Of a stretch of DNA of 64,000 bases, positions 1 to 9,699 are shown one piece after another (within the stretch, counting starts at the first letter, position 1; each line of letters begins with the position of its first letter). The translations under genes and the position numbers were made by a program. The DNA is taken from the IMG/VR virus record IMGVR_UViG_3300047576_000027, positions 43,604 through 107,603 of that record. One strand, 5' to 3'. The stretch is from a virus. Lineage: Duplodnaviria; Caudoviricetes. Below the pieces are notes generated by a model. It worked only from the letters and a program-made list of their open reading frames with translations, had not been told where the DNA came from and made no database searches.

Positions 1-726
1 AGCCGCGGCCGGATAAATCTGCTTCGCCAAACCATTGAGTCCCTGTCCAAAAACACGGACAAGAATACATTCACGCTAACCATAGTTTCCGACGAGGGCG
101 CGGATGGCGACTTTCGATGTACCAGATACTTGCAGTCGCTGAACCGCAAGCACGTCTCGATCCTGGAGGTCCAGAATTCCGGTCATGTGCTGGCGCAATT
201 GAAAAACCTCGGGGCTTATTATTCTGAGCAGAGATTCGGGCGCGCGGACTGGTTGTATTTGAGTGACTCGGACGTTTACTTTCTTCCCGGATGGATGGAC
301 CAGTTGACCACTTTAGCCGTCCACAGCGAATGGGACGGATTTAAGTTGTGGGGCGGCCAAGTTCATCCATTTCATCATCCTCAGGAGGGCGGATCATGGT
401 GTCTGGCTCTACGATGCAGGTATGCCGCCGCGCAACAGCTGCACGATCTCACTATGTATGATTATTCCGTCCTCGACGGCCCCTCGTGGCTGATGCGATG
501 GTCAACGTGGGACTCAATTGGCCCGCTATCGCGTACCTGCGCCCTTGGCGCCTGCCAGTCCGAAGACGCCGAATGGTGTTCGCGGCTTGTTGCTTCCGGC
601 GGCCGCATCGGCGTAATTCAGCCTCATGTAGTGATTCACACCGGCCTAGCTAATTCAAATGGCGATCCCGCCCCCGGCTTTGCCGAACGTCGCGCGCTGA
701 TACCCCCCGGAGTACTTGCAGAATGA
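1..726 (+). CDS. Glycosyltransferase family 2 (5' truncated by window)
   Basis: Frame is open from base 1 (SRGRINLLRQTIESL...TIVSD); DxD motif in YLSDSDVYF, ED motif (QSEDAEW), C-terminal VIHTG. Confidence 0.8.
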   Translation, partial: SRGRINLLRQTIESLSKNTDKNTFTLTIVSDEGADGDFRCTRYLQSLNRKHVSILEVQNSGHVLAQLKNLGAYYSEQRFGRADWLYLSDSDVYFLPGWMDQLTTLAVHSEWDGFKLWGGQVHPFHHPQEGGSWCLALRCRYAAAQQLHDLTMYDYSVLDGPSWLMRWSTWDSIGPLSRTCALGACQSEDAEWCSRLVASGGRIGVIQPHVVIHTGLANSNGDPAPGFAERRALIPPGVLAE

Positions 727-1277
727 CCTTTGGCTCCGTAATGCAGTTCACCCGAAAAATATCCAGTCCGACCGCATTTGAAGACGAGGAATGCATGGCA
801 TACTACCATCTGCTGTGTTCGCTGGCGAGCGGGTCATCGATTCTGGAAATCGGACTTCAGTTCGGGCGATCATCGTCCATCGCATTGCAGGTTGCGGCGC
901 ATAACGACCTGGAGTACTACGGGGTGGACCCGTTTACCGATCCGCCGGAAGCGAAAGATGCGTGGGTCGCAATGGCTGGGTCTGTCAGCGACTGGCGATC
1001 CGTGTCGTATACGAAATCTGCCGATGTGAATCCTAACTGGTGGCCCCAGTCCATCGGTCTCGCCCTGATCGACGGTGATCATTCCGCAACTGGCGTGCGA
1101 ACAGACTGCAATCTCGTTATGCCGCGCATCACACCTCGCGGGTACATATGCTTCCACGACTACGGCCGGGATTCGCTACCGGATGTTTTCGCAACCGTGA
1201 ATGAGATGATGATCGGGACGCCGTTCTGGCACGTCGCTACGGTCGGAACTTTGGGGATTTGGCAGAGGAATGCTTAG
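723..1277 (+). CDS. Class I SAM-dependent methyltransferase (Methyltransf_24-like)
   Basis: ILEIGLQFGRSS, GVDPF, LIDGDHS and FHDY motifs; ATGA overlap with upstream gene. Confidence 0.85.
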   Translation: MTFGSVMQFTRKISSPTAFEDEECMAYYHLLCSLASGSSILEIGLQFGRSSSIALQVAAHNDLEYYGVDPFTDPPEAKDAWVAMAGSVSDWRSVSYTKSADVNPNWWPQSIGLALIDGDHSATGVRTDCNLVMPRITPRGYICFHDYGRDSLPDVFATVNEMMIGTPFWHVATVGTLGIWQRNA

Positions 1278-1896
1278 ACTGAATTGCGGATCCGGGCAAA
1301 GACGCTTCGGGTTTCCGCGTCTTCGCGTAACGGAAGAACACCCGTGCGAACTTTGCAGAGAAACAAAAGCGTGGCATCGCGAGCCGGTGAGTCGGCCAGC
1401 TTTCCCCCATCGCTACGTCCCCGGTGGCCCCAATGCCTGGGTGAACGTTGACATCAACCCGCGATGGAAGCCGGATATCGTGGCAGACTGCGCGTCCATG
1501 CCGATGTTCGCGGACGGAAGTGCGGAATTGATTGTGGCGCATCATCAGGCAGAGCATATGCCCCTGGACGGGTCAAAGACATTTTTTACTGAATGCCACC
1601 GGATACTCGCACCGGATGCGTCACTCCTGATTTTCGTTCCCGATCTAACGGCACTCGTAAAGGCATGGTCTGAGAGCCGCATCAGCGACTACATTTTCTG
1701 CGTTAATCTTCACGGTGCATTTATGGGTGCTGATGCTGACATTCATAAATGGTCATTCACCGCCAGGACGCTCAAAGAACATCTGTTGAAGTCTGCCCCG
1801 TGGTCAGAGGTTAAGCCTTTCGACTGGCGGAAGATTCCGGGGGCAGACATCGCGGGTCCGGATTTTTGGATTCTGGCTATCGAAGCGGTGAAGTGA
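1270..1896 (+). CDS. SAM-dependent methyltransferase (Methyltransf_11-like) with Cys/His insert
   Basis: LNCGSG, WVNVDI, HQAEH, ECHRILAP and VPD motifs. Confidence 0.8.
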   Translation: MLRLNCGSGQRRFGFPRLRVTEEHPCELCRETKAWHREPVSRPAFPHRYVPGGPNAWVNVDINPRWKPDIVADCASMPMFADGSAELIVAHHQAEHMPLDGSKTFFTECHRILAPDASLLIFVPDLTALVKAWSESRISDYIFCVNLHGAFMGADADIHKWSFTARTLKEHLLKSAPWSEVKPFDWRKIPGADIAGPDFWILAIEAVK

Positions 1897-1964
1897 TCAC
1901 AGCCGGAAACGGTGTGGCTCAAGGATGTGGATTCGCAAGCGGTTGATTGCCGACCTGGGGAGTA

Positions 1965-2201
1965 TCACTCGCACTGAATGGTGTTCTGGTTGAACTTCTT
2001 CTTTTCACACGCCTTCGCACCATCTTCGTAGGCTTTGTTCAATTCAGCCGCCGCGGAGTCATACTGGGCTTTGGCGATAAAGTAGTTGCGCTGCGCAATG
2101 GCGATGGACGTTCGTATCTTATCCGGAATCACCGGCAACGCTTCTTTGGTTTCCTGAGCGAACAAAAGAGAACCGAGGAAAAGAAGGCAGAGTATGCGCA
2201 T
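1965..2201 (-). CDS. Small secreted coiled-coil protein (possible fibre accessory/chaperone)
   Basis: Signal peptide MRILCLLFLGSLLFA|Q; Cys pair in mature part; downstream of fibre gene. Confidence 0.65.
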   Translation of the reverse strand: MRILCLLFLGSLLFAQETKEALPVIPDKIRTSIAIAQRNYFIAKAQYDSAAAELNKAYEDGAKACEKKKFNQNTIQCE

Positions 2202-2596
2202 TATTTCATTACCAGCCCAGCGGCTTTCCGCGTCGACGTCGCTACGAGATCCTCAACCGTGAAAGATGTATTCGTGACCGGGCCACCGAGGTTAACCAGC
2301 ACGCCCGTGTAGCCTTCCGGGTTATCCAGCCTGCCCGTCACTCCGGAAATGGTTCTGACGGTTCCGTCCGCAAGCGTGCCGGTTACAGAATACGCATATC
2401 CAAGGACGGCCGAATTCTGCGTTCCGATCAGGAGAATATATTGCTCATTGCCGGGGACGAAGCCGTTGCAAAGTCCTTGGGGGGGCACTGCTGACTCACA
2501 CAGTTGCCACGGACCAGCGGCTATAAGGACCATATCGGAATTTTGGGAGATCGCGGGACTTGCAGCGATAAAAAGAAGGGAGACAATGGTTTTCAT
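2201..2596 (-). CDS. Small secreted beta-rich protein
   Basis: Signal peptide MKTIVSLLFIAASPAIS|Q; one Cys pair. Confidence 0.65.
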   Translation of the reverse strand: MKTIVSLLFIAASPAISQNSDMVLIAAGPWQLCESAVPPQGLCNGFVPGNEQYILLIGTQNSAVLGYAYSVTGTLADGTVRTISGVTGRLDNPEGYTGVLVNLGGPVTNTSFTVEDLVATSTRKAAGLVMK

Positions 2597-2649
2597 GAAT
2601 TAAAACCTATTCTTTTTCGCGATGCATGTCAAGGGTAATCTGAGTCTTT

Positions 2650-4893
2650 TTACGGGCAAATATTAACCACGCTGGAGTTGTTTATCAGGGAACCGGTGGG
2701 TAACCCCGAGCAAGACGTGGGGAGCGATCCCATCTGAACTTTCCCGACTGTATGCAATGCGTTCCCCGTACTTGTGTTCTGCCCGTATACCGCATCGCCC
2801 GTACTGGAAGAGAGTCCGCTCAGGCCGTTGCCAGTACCAGTCTGGACCACAGCAAACCCCGATCCTGCCGTTGCGAGCGTAACCGCGATGCCTGCATTGG
2901 CCGAGAGCGCAATACCAGATCCGGATTGCTGGATGTTGATTCCCTCCGTGGAATTATTGACCGTCACGGTTTCAAGTCCCGTTATTTGAGTTGCGCCCGT
3001 TATGTTGGTGGCCCCCGCAACAAGACTGCCATTTATCGTTACGCCAGACTGGAACGTCGCCCCGCCAGCGCTGTTAAGGTTGGCCGTACCGCTGGGACCA
3101 AACGTGAGCGGGCCGCCGACCAGATTTGCAGATTCGGTATACAGGTTATTGAAATAGTGGGATGCGTCCCCCAAGGTTGTGTTGGCCGTCACTGGAGTGA
3201 TCTCGCTGGCACCGCTGCCGGTCAGGGTAATATTCGGCCCAAACGTCGGACTATCCAACGGCCCGACATTTTGCAGATGGGTTCCGGAAAGCGTTCCTGA
3301 TACAGATAATGCCGCCAGCGATGTGGCCCCAGGGGTAACGGTGAGACTCGTGAACGTTGGCGTGTTGCCGCCAGTGACAACACACGCCCATGCGGTCCCG
3401 TTAAATACGCGCAGGCACGACAGCGAATCATCCCAGTACAACATGCCCTGCACCAGTCCCTCGCCCCAACTCAGAGGGTTTGTGACGTAGGCAATCGTAG
3501 ATGTGATATTCCCGCAACACCAGCCGACGAACGCCCCGCTGATGTGGTTGCTGACAGGGGCGACCGTCAATGGAACGGTGAGACTGCCGATGGTGTAAGA
3601 TCCGGCTACGGTAACACTTTCCGGAGAACTGTCCTCAAACGTTATCTGTACGCCGGGGGCAAGGCCGCCAGCGTTATTAACCAGCATGGACGTACTCACG
3701 CCCCCGGTGAGCGCGCCGGTAATTTTCGCACTTGCGGGAGGTCCCGCTGAATGCCCGACGTCTACGTGACCACCGAGGTAAGCATCGGCACCAATAGTTC
3801 CCGTCGTCGTTATGGTGCCAGCCGGATAAAGAACACCGCCGACGTAACTGTTCGATGTGATCCCGCCATAGTTGGTGATGGCATCGTAGTATTTGCTGTC
3901 GGTCGCGTACCCCCCGCGAAAGAAGGCATAGCCGTTTGAATTGAATCCGTAAATGGACTCTACAGGGAGAGGCTTCGTGCATCCGGATTGCCCCTCATCC
4001 TGCCAGGTAAGTCCGCCATCGCTCGTTGTTCCGCCAGAATCGTTAAACGTCGGGATGGCAGCCCCGGAGAGTCCTGTTCCGGTCGCCTGCTGTATGTGGC
4101 CGGCCGGGTCAACAATTTGAAACTGGATCGGATAAATAGTCGATGCGGCCCAGTTCGGAGACATCACGGGAGACGTACCGGACCATAGCACGGTGTCAGT
4201 CGGGCCAAAAGTCCCGATTGGCTGAGTCACAATGTTGTGCCCGAGCGTGTCATAACAAATATCAGCGGGCAGAGCCGGATTCGGATTATACAGCGTGGGT
4301 GGAATCACCAGCACGTCTTCAAACGACGGAGTTGTCGGATCGAACGCGGTCAGTGCTCCCCATGTAATCGGACTCGGTATGCCGCCTCCACTGGCTTTCA
4401 CGTCGTACGGCCCGTTATCGGGATAGAAATACCAATAGCCTGTGGGACTGGCCGTGAATGGGTTCGTCAGGATGGTTCCGTTATTATCAGAAAAGATCGC
4501 CGCTGGGGCGTTCACTGGCATGGAGTAGGAAACGTCCGTCTGGACGCCCGCGCTGGCGGTGATATTGAGCGTCGTGGGCGACGTGACGGAAGATATAGTG
4601 TAGGGTGTTCCGGAGATTGTGATCTGAAGATTGGACCATTCTCCGCTGGTGTTGAATGTGCCGCTGCTGGTTAAGGTAACGGTCGTGCCAGATGTCGAGA
4701 CCGTGCCGGTTAAGCCGCCAGCGTAAAACACCGAGAGACTGCAAGAGGGGTAGCTCTGCTGCACCTTTGTCACCGACTGCACTCCGGACGTCACCACCAC
4801 CTGGCCACCCTGTGTACAGTAGCCTGAAACGCGGGCACGGGCGAAAAGAGACGGGGCGAGAATCAAAAACAGCAAGGCTACGCGCTTCAGCAT
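2650..4893 (-). CDS. Tail fibre/spike-like protein with Sec signal peptide
   Basis: G/T/S-rich mosaic fibre segments (TNPFTASPTGYWYFY, DGGLTWQ, TTLGDASHYFNNLY); N-terminal MLKRVALLFLILAPSLFA. Confidence 0.75.
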   Translation of the reverse strand: MLKRVALLFLILAPSLFARARVSGYCTQGGQVVVTSGVQSVTKVQQSYPSCSLSVFYAGGLTGTVSTSGTTVTLTSSGTFNTSGEWSNLQITISGTPYTISSVTSPTTLNITASAGVQTDVSYSMPVNAPAAIFSDNNGTILTNPFTASPTGYWYFYPDNGPYDVKASGGGIPSPITWGALTAFDPTTPSFEDVLVIPPTLYNPNPALPADICYDTLGHNIVTQPIGTFGPTDTVLWSGTSPVMSPNWAASTIYPIQFQIVDPAGHIQQATGTGLSGAAIPTFNDSGGTTSDGGLTWQDEGQSGCTKPLPVESIYGFNSNGYAFFRGGYATDSKYYDAITNYGGITSNSYVGGVLYPAGTITTTGTIGADAYLGGHVDVGHSAGPPASAKITGALTGGVSTSMLVNNAGGLAPGVQITFEDSSPESVTVAGSYTIGSLTVPLTVAPVSNHISGAFVGWCCGNITSTIAYVTNPLSWGEGLVQGMLYWDDSLSCLRVFNGTAWACVVTGGNTPTFTSLTVTPGATSLAALSVSGTLSGTHLQNVGPLDSPTFGPNITLTGSGASEITPVTANTTLGDASHYFNNLYTESANLVGGPLTFGPSGTANLNSAGGATFQSGVTINGSLVAGATNITGATQITGLETVTVNNSTEGINIQQSGSGIALSANAGIAVTLATAGSGFAVVQTGTGNGLSGLSSSTGDAVYGQNTSTGNALHTVGKVQMGSLPTSCSGLPTGSLINNSSVVNICP

Positions 4894-5077
4894 ACTTGCA
4901 TTTTATGATACGCGCGGGTATGCTCAGAAAAGCACATGGATTCTAAACTTGTAAAACCACTAAAGAGACCCCCGCGAAAGATCATCGATCTGATCGCCAT
5001 GAAGGTTTCCGAATGGGCCGGGACGGCTGATGGCGATGTAACGGATACCGAGTTTCGGGATGACGGGGTGACTCCTG

Positions 5078-5791
5078 ATGCCTGAATCCGTGCCGGTCGT
5101 AATCGTCACTCGGAACAACCTGCATCTCACAAAACGCACGCTGAAATCCGTGCTGGAGCAGGACGTCCCGGTGGAAGTCCTCGTCGTAGAGAATGACTCC
5201 AGCGACGGAACTGCGCAGTACCTGGCGACCAAGCATATTACCGTCATCCACACCCAGGAGCAGTGGGCGTTGGCGAAGTGCTGGAATGTGGCGTTGCAGT
5301 GTTTGTGGAAGGCGGGGTGGAAACGGGCACTGGTTCTAAACAACGACTGCGAAGTCGCCCCCTGTACCGCAAGAGTTCTCTCGGCAATGAACTGGCCGTT
5401 TGTAACCTGCGTCAGCGTTAATTCGGAGGAGCAATTCAACCGCGAACCGGAAATTGATTTAGACAGACTTAGGGCTACTGCGCGACCCCATCCGGATTAC
5501 AGTTGCTGGATGATCCGCAAAGAGGTCACAGACAAAAACATCTGGTTTAACGAGGAATGCTTTCCCGGATATTGTGAGGATTCATACCATCATAAATCTC
5601 TTCACGATACTGGAATAACGGCCCGATGCATTGATTTGGCGTTCCTGCACCACGGAGCATCCACACTCAAACACGCCACCCCCCGCGAAGCCCGTATCAT
5701 CCGCGAGGGTGCCGACCGGAACCGGCAGAGGTTTAAGGCAAAATACGGATGCTTGCCCGGTACGCCTGCCTATGAGGCGCTATTCGCGTGA
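5078..5791 (+). CDS. Glycosyltransferase family 2
   Basis: VVIVTRN, VVENDSSDGT, LNND, YCED and HHGAST motifs. Confidence 0.9.
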   Translation: MPESVPVVIVTRNNLHLTKRTLKSVLEQDVPVEVLVVENDSSDGTAQYLATKHITVIHTQEQWALAKCWNVALQCLWKAGWKRALVLNNDCEVAPCTARVLSAMNWPFVTCVSVNSEEQFNREPEIDLDRLRATARPHPDYSCWMIRKEVTDKNIWFNEECFPGYCEDSYHHKSLHDTGITARCIDLAFLHHGASTLKHATPREARIIREGADRNRQRFKAKYGCLPGTPAYEALFA

Positions 5792-6070
5792 TAAGCCTGA
5801 TTCTGAACGTCCTTGCCATCTCACCCGAACTGCTGTGGCGAGACTACAGATTTATCGGCTGCTTCCGTGATGCCTTCTGGTTTCACGCTTTCAGGAACGC
5901 ATCGGCGGATCTGCGGCTATACGAGACTTTGAATATTAGTGGGATTGACAAGAGGGGAGAAATATACGCTGACACCATTTGTTCGCTTTCCGGCTCCGAG
6001 TTTCACCGTTCTTCCACCGCTCAAGCATCGGGTGTATCCTTCGGTTGTCGTTCCGAGGGAGAAAAGGCCG

Positions 6071-6727
6071 ATGACGGCAGCTATCGGATTCAAATACCGG
6101 GATGGTATCGTGCTATGCGCTGACACGCTGTTGAGTGGCTCCATCGTCAGTCGGCACGCCAGTAAGATCGGCGGGTTCCGTTTCTCAGACGGCGTAGTTG
6201 TGTTTGCCATCGCGGGGCATACCGATATGGCGGAAGCCGCCATTCAGCAATGTGAGGAGCCATTGTGCGATTACAGGGGAACTCCACGAAAAAGAGCGAA
6301 GATAGCACAACACATACGAGAGACCCTGAAGCATGAATATGAGGATTTCATTATTAAAAACAATTACGAGGGCACCGCGAGGGACTACGCGATAATTGCG
6401 GCGATCTACTCTGAAGTTGACGGCATCGGGCTATACGCTACACACGGCCCCCAGATGAAGCGTTCCAGGGGATGTGAATTTATCGGGTCAGGAGAAACCC
6501 ATGCAATGCTCGCTATGGAGCGATTCGGCGGATACGATGGGGCAAAGAACTCAAACCTCGCACGAGCTTCATTGATAGCCACATATGCGTTGGGAAGCGC
6601 GAAGCGATATCAGCAGGATGCCGTAGGCGGAAAATCCGTCATAATTCATCTTGAATCCTCGGGGATGGTAAGTACTGCCCACGGATGCAACGATTCATTG
6701 ATCGAGAAGTACGCATGTGCGCGGTAA
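6071..6727 (+). CDS. Proteasome-beta/Anbu-like Ntn hydrolase (may have upstream extension to 5939)
   Basis: M-T-AAIGFKYRDGIVLCADT (Thr1), SKI, FAIAG, FIGSG and AVGG motifs. Confidence 0.75.
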   Translation: MTAAIGFKYRDGIVLCADTLLSGSIVSRHASKIGGFRFSDGVVVFAIAGHTDMAEAAIQQCEEPLCDYRGTPRKRAKIAQHIRETLKHEYEDFIIKNNYEGTARDYAIIAAIYSEVDGIGLYATHGPQMKRSRGCEFIGSGETHAMLAMERFGGYDGAKNSNLARASLIATYALGSAKRYQQDAVGGKSVIIHLESSGMVSTAHGCNDSLIEKYACAR

Positions 6728-6978
6728 CCAGGGAACTGCTAGTGCCGGTCGGGGAGCTTCGCTATATCCGCGTGGGATGCCAGCACTGCAATACAAAGGT
6801 GACAGTGGATCTTCACGAGGTCAGCAGTTTTGCTGTAGGCGTAACTGAGAGATGTCCTGGCTGTAAAAAGAATTATGATTTAAGTATTCCATCGGCAATT
6901 GGAATGTTTCGGGACGCCTGCAAGACTTCAGCCGGGGTTCTCCAGTTGATGGATTTCATGGTTTCACCACCAGAGTAA
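6715..6978 (+). CDS. Zinc-ribbon protein
   Basis: CQHC...CPGC; overlaps end of hydrolase gene. Confidence 0.6.
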   Translation: MCAVTRELLVPVGELRYIRVGCQHCNTKVTVDLHEVSSFAVGVTERCPGCKKNYDLSIPSAIGMFRDACKTSAGVLQLMDFMVSPPE

Positions 6979-7017
6979 ATACTTATTTTGCCGCCAGCCA
7001 CTCGTTGATAAACTTTG

Positions 7018-7299
7018 CTACTGACCCACTACCCGAGACTCTAACTCTCCCCTCACCGGCAACCTCCGCCGCGAATCCAGAAAATCGTACAACTGCTTGA
7101 TCTGGCCGGCGTTTAACTGGCTGAACGAGCCGACTCCAAATACAGACTTCGCTGCCATACTCAACTGCGAATGCCCCGACTTTCCGGCTGGTGATCCTGG
7201 TAGCGCAAGTTCTTGAGCGCGGGCATGGATCATGCGGTTAAGTTCAAATTTGTCGGCTGGCTTGAGGGGGGGCATGGGACTACCTGTCCAGTCTATCAA
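7018..7299 (-). CDS. Small hypothetical protein (antirepressor C-terminal-like)
   Basis: AKSVFGVGSFSQL resembles ORF6C-type segment. Confidence 0.45.
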   Translation of the reverse strand: MIDWTGSPMPPLKPADKFELNRMIHARAQELALPGSPAGKSGHSQLSMAAKSVFGVGSFSQLNAGQIKQLYDFLDSRRRLPVRGELESRVVGQ

Positions 7300-7567
7300 T
7301 TATCGCCTGGACTTCGGCAGCTTTCAGTTGGGAAAACCATTCCGGCATGGGAATTTCCTGCGCCCCGATCCCCGGTAACCATCTCTCTCCTTCCTTGATG
7401 AATACCACGCAGGGGCATGACGGCTCCCCGCATTCGTGATAATCAAATTGGTGCATTCCGAACGCATGCCCACATGCATCACAAAACTCTAAAAACGTTT
7501 CCGCACATATGGGGGTACTTAAGGGTGGAAGAGATTCATCGTAGGCGGTGTTTAGGTACTGCGTCAC
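7280..7567 (-). CDS. Small Cys/His zinc-finger protein
   Basis: CDACGH...H...C...CPCVVF. Confidence 0.55.
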   Translation of the reverse strand: MTQYLNTAYDESLPPLSTPICAETFLEFCDACGHAFGMHQFDYHECGEPSCPCVVFIKEGERWLPGIGAQEIPMPEWFSQLKAAEVQAIIDRLDR

Positions 7568-7737
7568 GGTATGCTCCGTATCGGTTGATCTTTAATCAGG
7601 TCGCAAGCGGACTTGTCTCCAGTACGGCAGGCTAAAATGACAGCGCACTTCGCAATACTACAGATCGCCATAACAAATGCAAATAAAGCCATTGCAACGA
7701 TGATTGGTGCGTTGTATTTCAGTTCCTTTTTTGTCAT
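7564..7737 (-). CDS. Small membrane protein (57 aa, not in ORF track)
   Basis: MTKKELKYNAPIIVAMALFAFVMAICSIAK...; GTGA overlap with next gene. Confidence 0.55.
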   Translation of the reverse strand: MTKKELKYNAPIIVAMALFAFVMAICSIAKCAVILACRTGDKSACDLIKDQPIRSIP

Positions 7738-7751
7738 TCAATCTTCTCGTA

Positions 7752-9695
7752 TTATTTCTGTACTGGCCTGATGTTTCCACTTTTTTGTCGCGCAGCGATC
7801 TTGTCTTTTAGCATCGTCAAGCTTCCCTTTTCTCCTGGCTGAAGGCGCGGATTGTCAATCAAGCCAGCATATTTTTTTGGTACGGGATTACCCTTAGCCT
7901 TTCCGTACGCACGAGCGTCTTCAAGAAGTTGATCCAGTTCATCACCGCCTTTATCGCTCATTTTTTGTATGTCATCAGCGGTAAGGTGAGGTTTTTTCTC
8001 TGCCAGATACTGATCGAGATTATTAACTTTATTTAGCGCATCGCGATTCACTACACTGCCAGTACCGTGTTCAAGATCGGCGAGTTTGCCGGTAGATTCG
8101 GGGATGCCCGCTGGTGAATTGATCGGGATGGCCTGAATGGTAACGGGTGATCCGGGGGCCGCCGCAGCTTTATAGGGAGTTATCGGGACGATGCCTTTGC
8201 CAGTGGCCGGTGCGCCATCTGGGATGGCCACGTGAAAATCAGTCGCTCCAGCCTGTTTCGCCGCTGCCAGCCTCCGTGATCCGCTGGTGAGGTTAACGTT
8301 TCCGGTCTTGGGGTCATAGTGTCCGAATGACGCCGGGGCTTCACTGCCGGACTTCAACATATCGGCATAACGGGAAATATCCGCCGCTTTGGATGCATCG
8401 CCTGAGATGTCCTCATGCCCCACGACTTTGGAGAGCGGGACGCGGTAGACCGGGATGCCGGGTCCGACGCCACCTCCAACACCTTCGAGTGCATCCCGCG
8501 CATCCGTTTGCCTGATGAGGTTGAATGGCGGTGCCGCAGAAGGCGTTACGGGTTGCTTGCCCGCTTTAACCGGAGTCTTGGGAGTCAGCCAGTCCGGCAA
8601 CGTGACTTTAGTAAGATCCTCAGGCGAGGGGACGGTGACCGGCCTGGCCGGGTTGACTCCCTCGGGCAGAGAGATTGGGTTGATCGGTGTTGGCGACGGC
8701 GTTACGGGATTGAATCCAGGCGGGAGACCGACGCCGAAAGAGCCACTCGGGGTACTCGAAGTCTTCACGGACGGCAACGAGAGTCCCGGATATCGCTCTG
8801 CCTGTAATCGCGCCGCGAACTGATCGGGAGATTCTCCCGCGAATGCGCGGGGCGATGTAGATTCCGGCAGGGATGTGAGATTCGCCGACATTGGGGATGT
8901 GGGCGGTGGCGCGCTGTACTGATTAACGTCTGGCCTTGCTGTAGACGCTGAATACCCGGAATAATCGGGAGTCTGCCGGTTCAGGAAATCCTGGTGGAAG
9001 TCGTAGTCCCTGATGGCCTTTTTTACTTCTCCGCTGGTGGCTTTTGCGCCTTTCGCGATACCCTCACCTAACTGCTTCACTCCTTCGTAAACCGGCCTTC
9101 CTAATGCCACCGCAGCGGGCAGTTTCATTTCATGGGGAAGGACATAATCCAGTGCTGCCCCGCCAACTAATTTGCCGCTTCCGATGGCAACATCTCTGCC
9201 TCCAGCCTTGATTCCACTTCCTATCGCTGACGGGATTGAGCCAGCAACCGCACCGGCTTTTGTACCCGGAAGCGCACCGATGCCCTCTCCCAATCCATAC
9301 ATCGCGCCCAGATTTACAGCATCCCCCAGTCCCTCACCGATATCGCCGCGCGTGAATGGTTCAGGCTTGACCTTGCCGTTCATGACATCCACCTGATGCT
9401 GTGCCACTGCCATGCTTTGATCGGAAAACGGGGATTCAAAAGCCGAAGAAACCATCCCTGGCCAGTTCATCGGATTCAGCGGGGAGTTTGTGGTAACGGT
9501 TTTCTTGAAGGTGTCCCAGATGCCAGGAGAGGAAGTGATCGGCGGCGGGTTCGCCGTGACATCCGCAAAATCGTCATACTGCCCTGGAAACTTTGCCTTG
9601 ATTGCCCGTCCCAGCGTTGCCGGGTCCATATCGTCGTATGCGCCGGGACGCTGTTGTTTCTTCGCGTTTCCCAAGTCAACGACGGTCTGTGGCAT
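7752..9695 (-). CDS. Internal virion/ejection protein with ParB/Srx-like domain
   Basis: YDDMDPATLGRAIKAKFPGQY N-terminus typical of podophage ejection proteins; SGSRRLAAAK ParB-like motif. Confidence 0.65.
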   Translation of the reverse strand: MPQTVVDLGNAKKQQRPGAYDDMDPATLGRAIKAKFPGQYDDFADVTANPPPITSSPGIWDTFKKTVTTNSPLNPMNWPGMVSSAFESPFSDQSMAVAQHQVDVMNGKVKPEPFTRGDIGEGLGDAVNLGAMYGLGEGIGALPGTKAGAVAGSIPSAIGSGIKAGGRDVAIGSGKLVGGAALDYVLPHEMKLPAAVALGRPVYEGVKQLGEGIAKGAKATSGEVKKAIRDYDFHQDFLNRQTPDYSGYSASTARPDVNQYSAPPPTSPMSANLTSLPESTSPRAFAGESPDQFAARLQAERYPGLSLPSVKTSSTPSGSFGVGLPPGFNPVTPSPTPINPISLPEGVNPARPVTVPSPEDLTKVTLPDWLTPKTPVKAGKQPVTPSAAPPFNLIRQTDARDALEGVGGGVGPGIPVYRVPLSKVVGHEDISGDASKAADISRYADMLKSGSEAPASFGHYDPKTGNVNLTSGSRRLAAAKQAGATDFHVAIPDGAPATGKGIVPITPYKAAAAPGSPVTIQAIPINSPAGIPESTGKLADLEHGTGSVVNRDALNKVNNLDQYLAEKKPHLTADDIQKMSDKGGDELDQLLEDARAYGKAKGNPVPKKYAGLIDNPRLQPGEKGSLTMLKDKIAARQKSGNIRPVQK

Positions 9696-9699
9696 GGCT

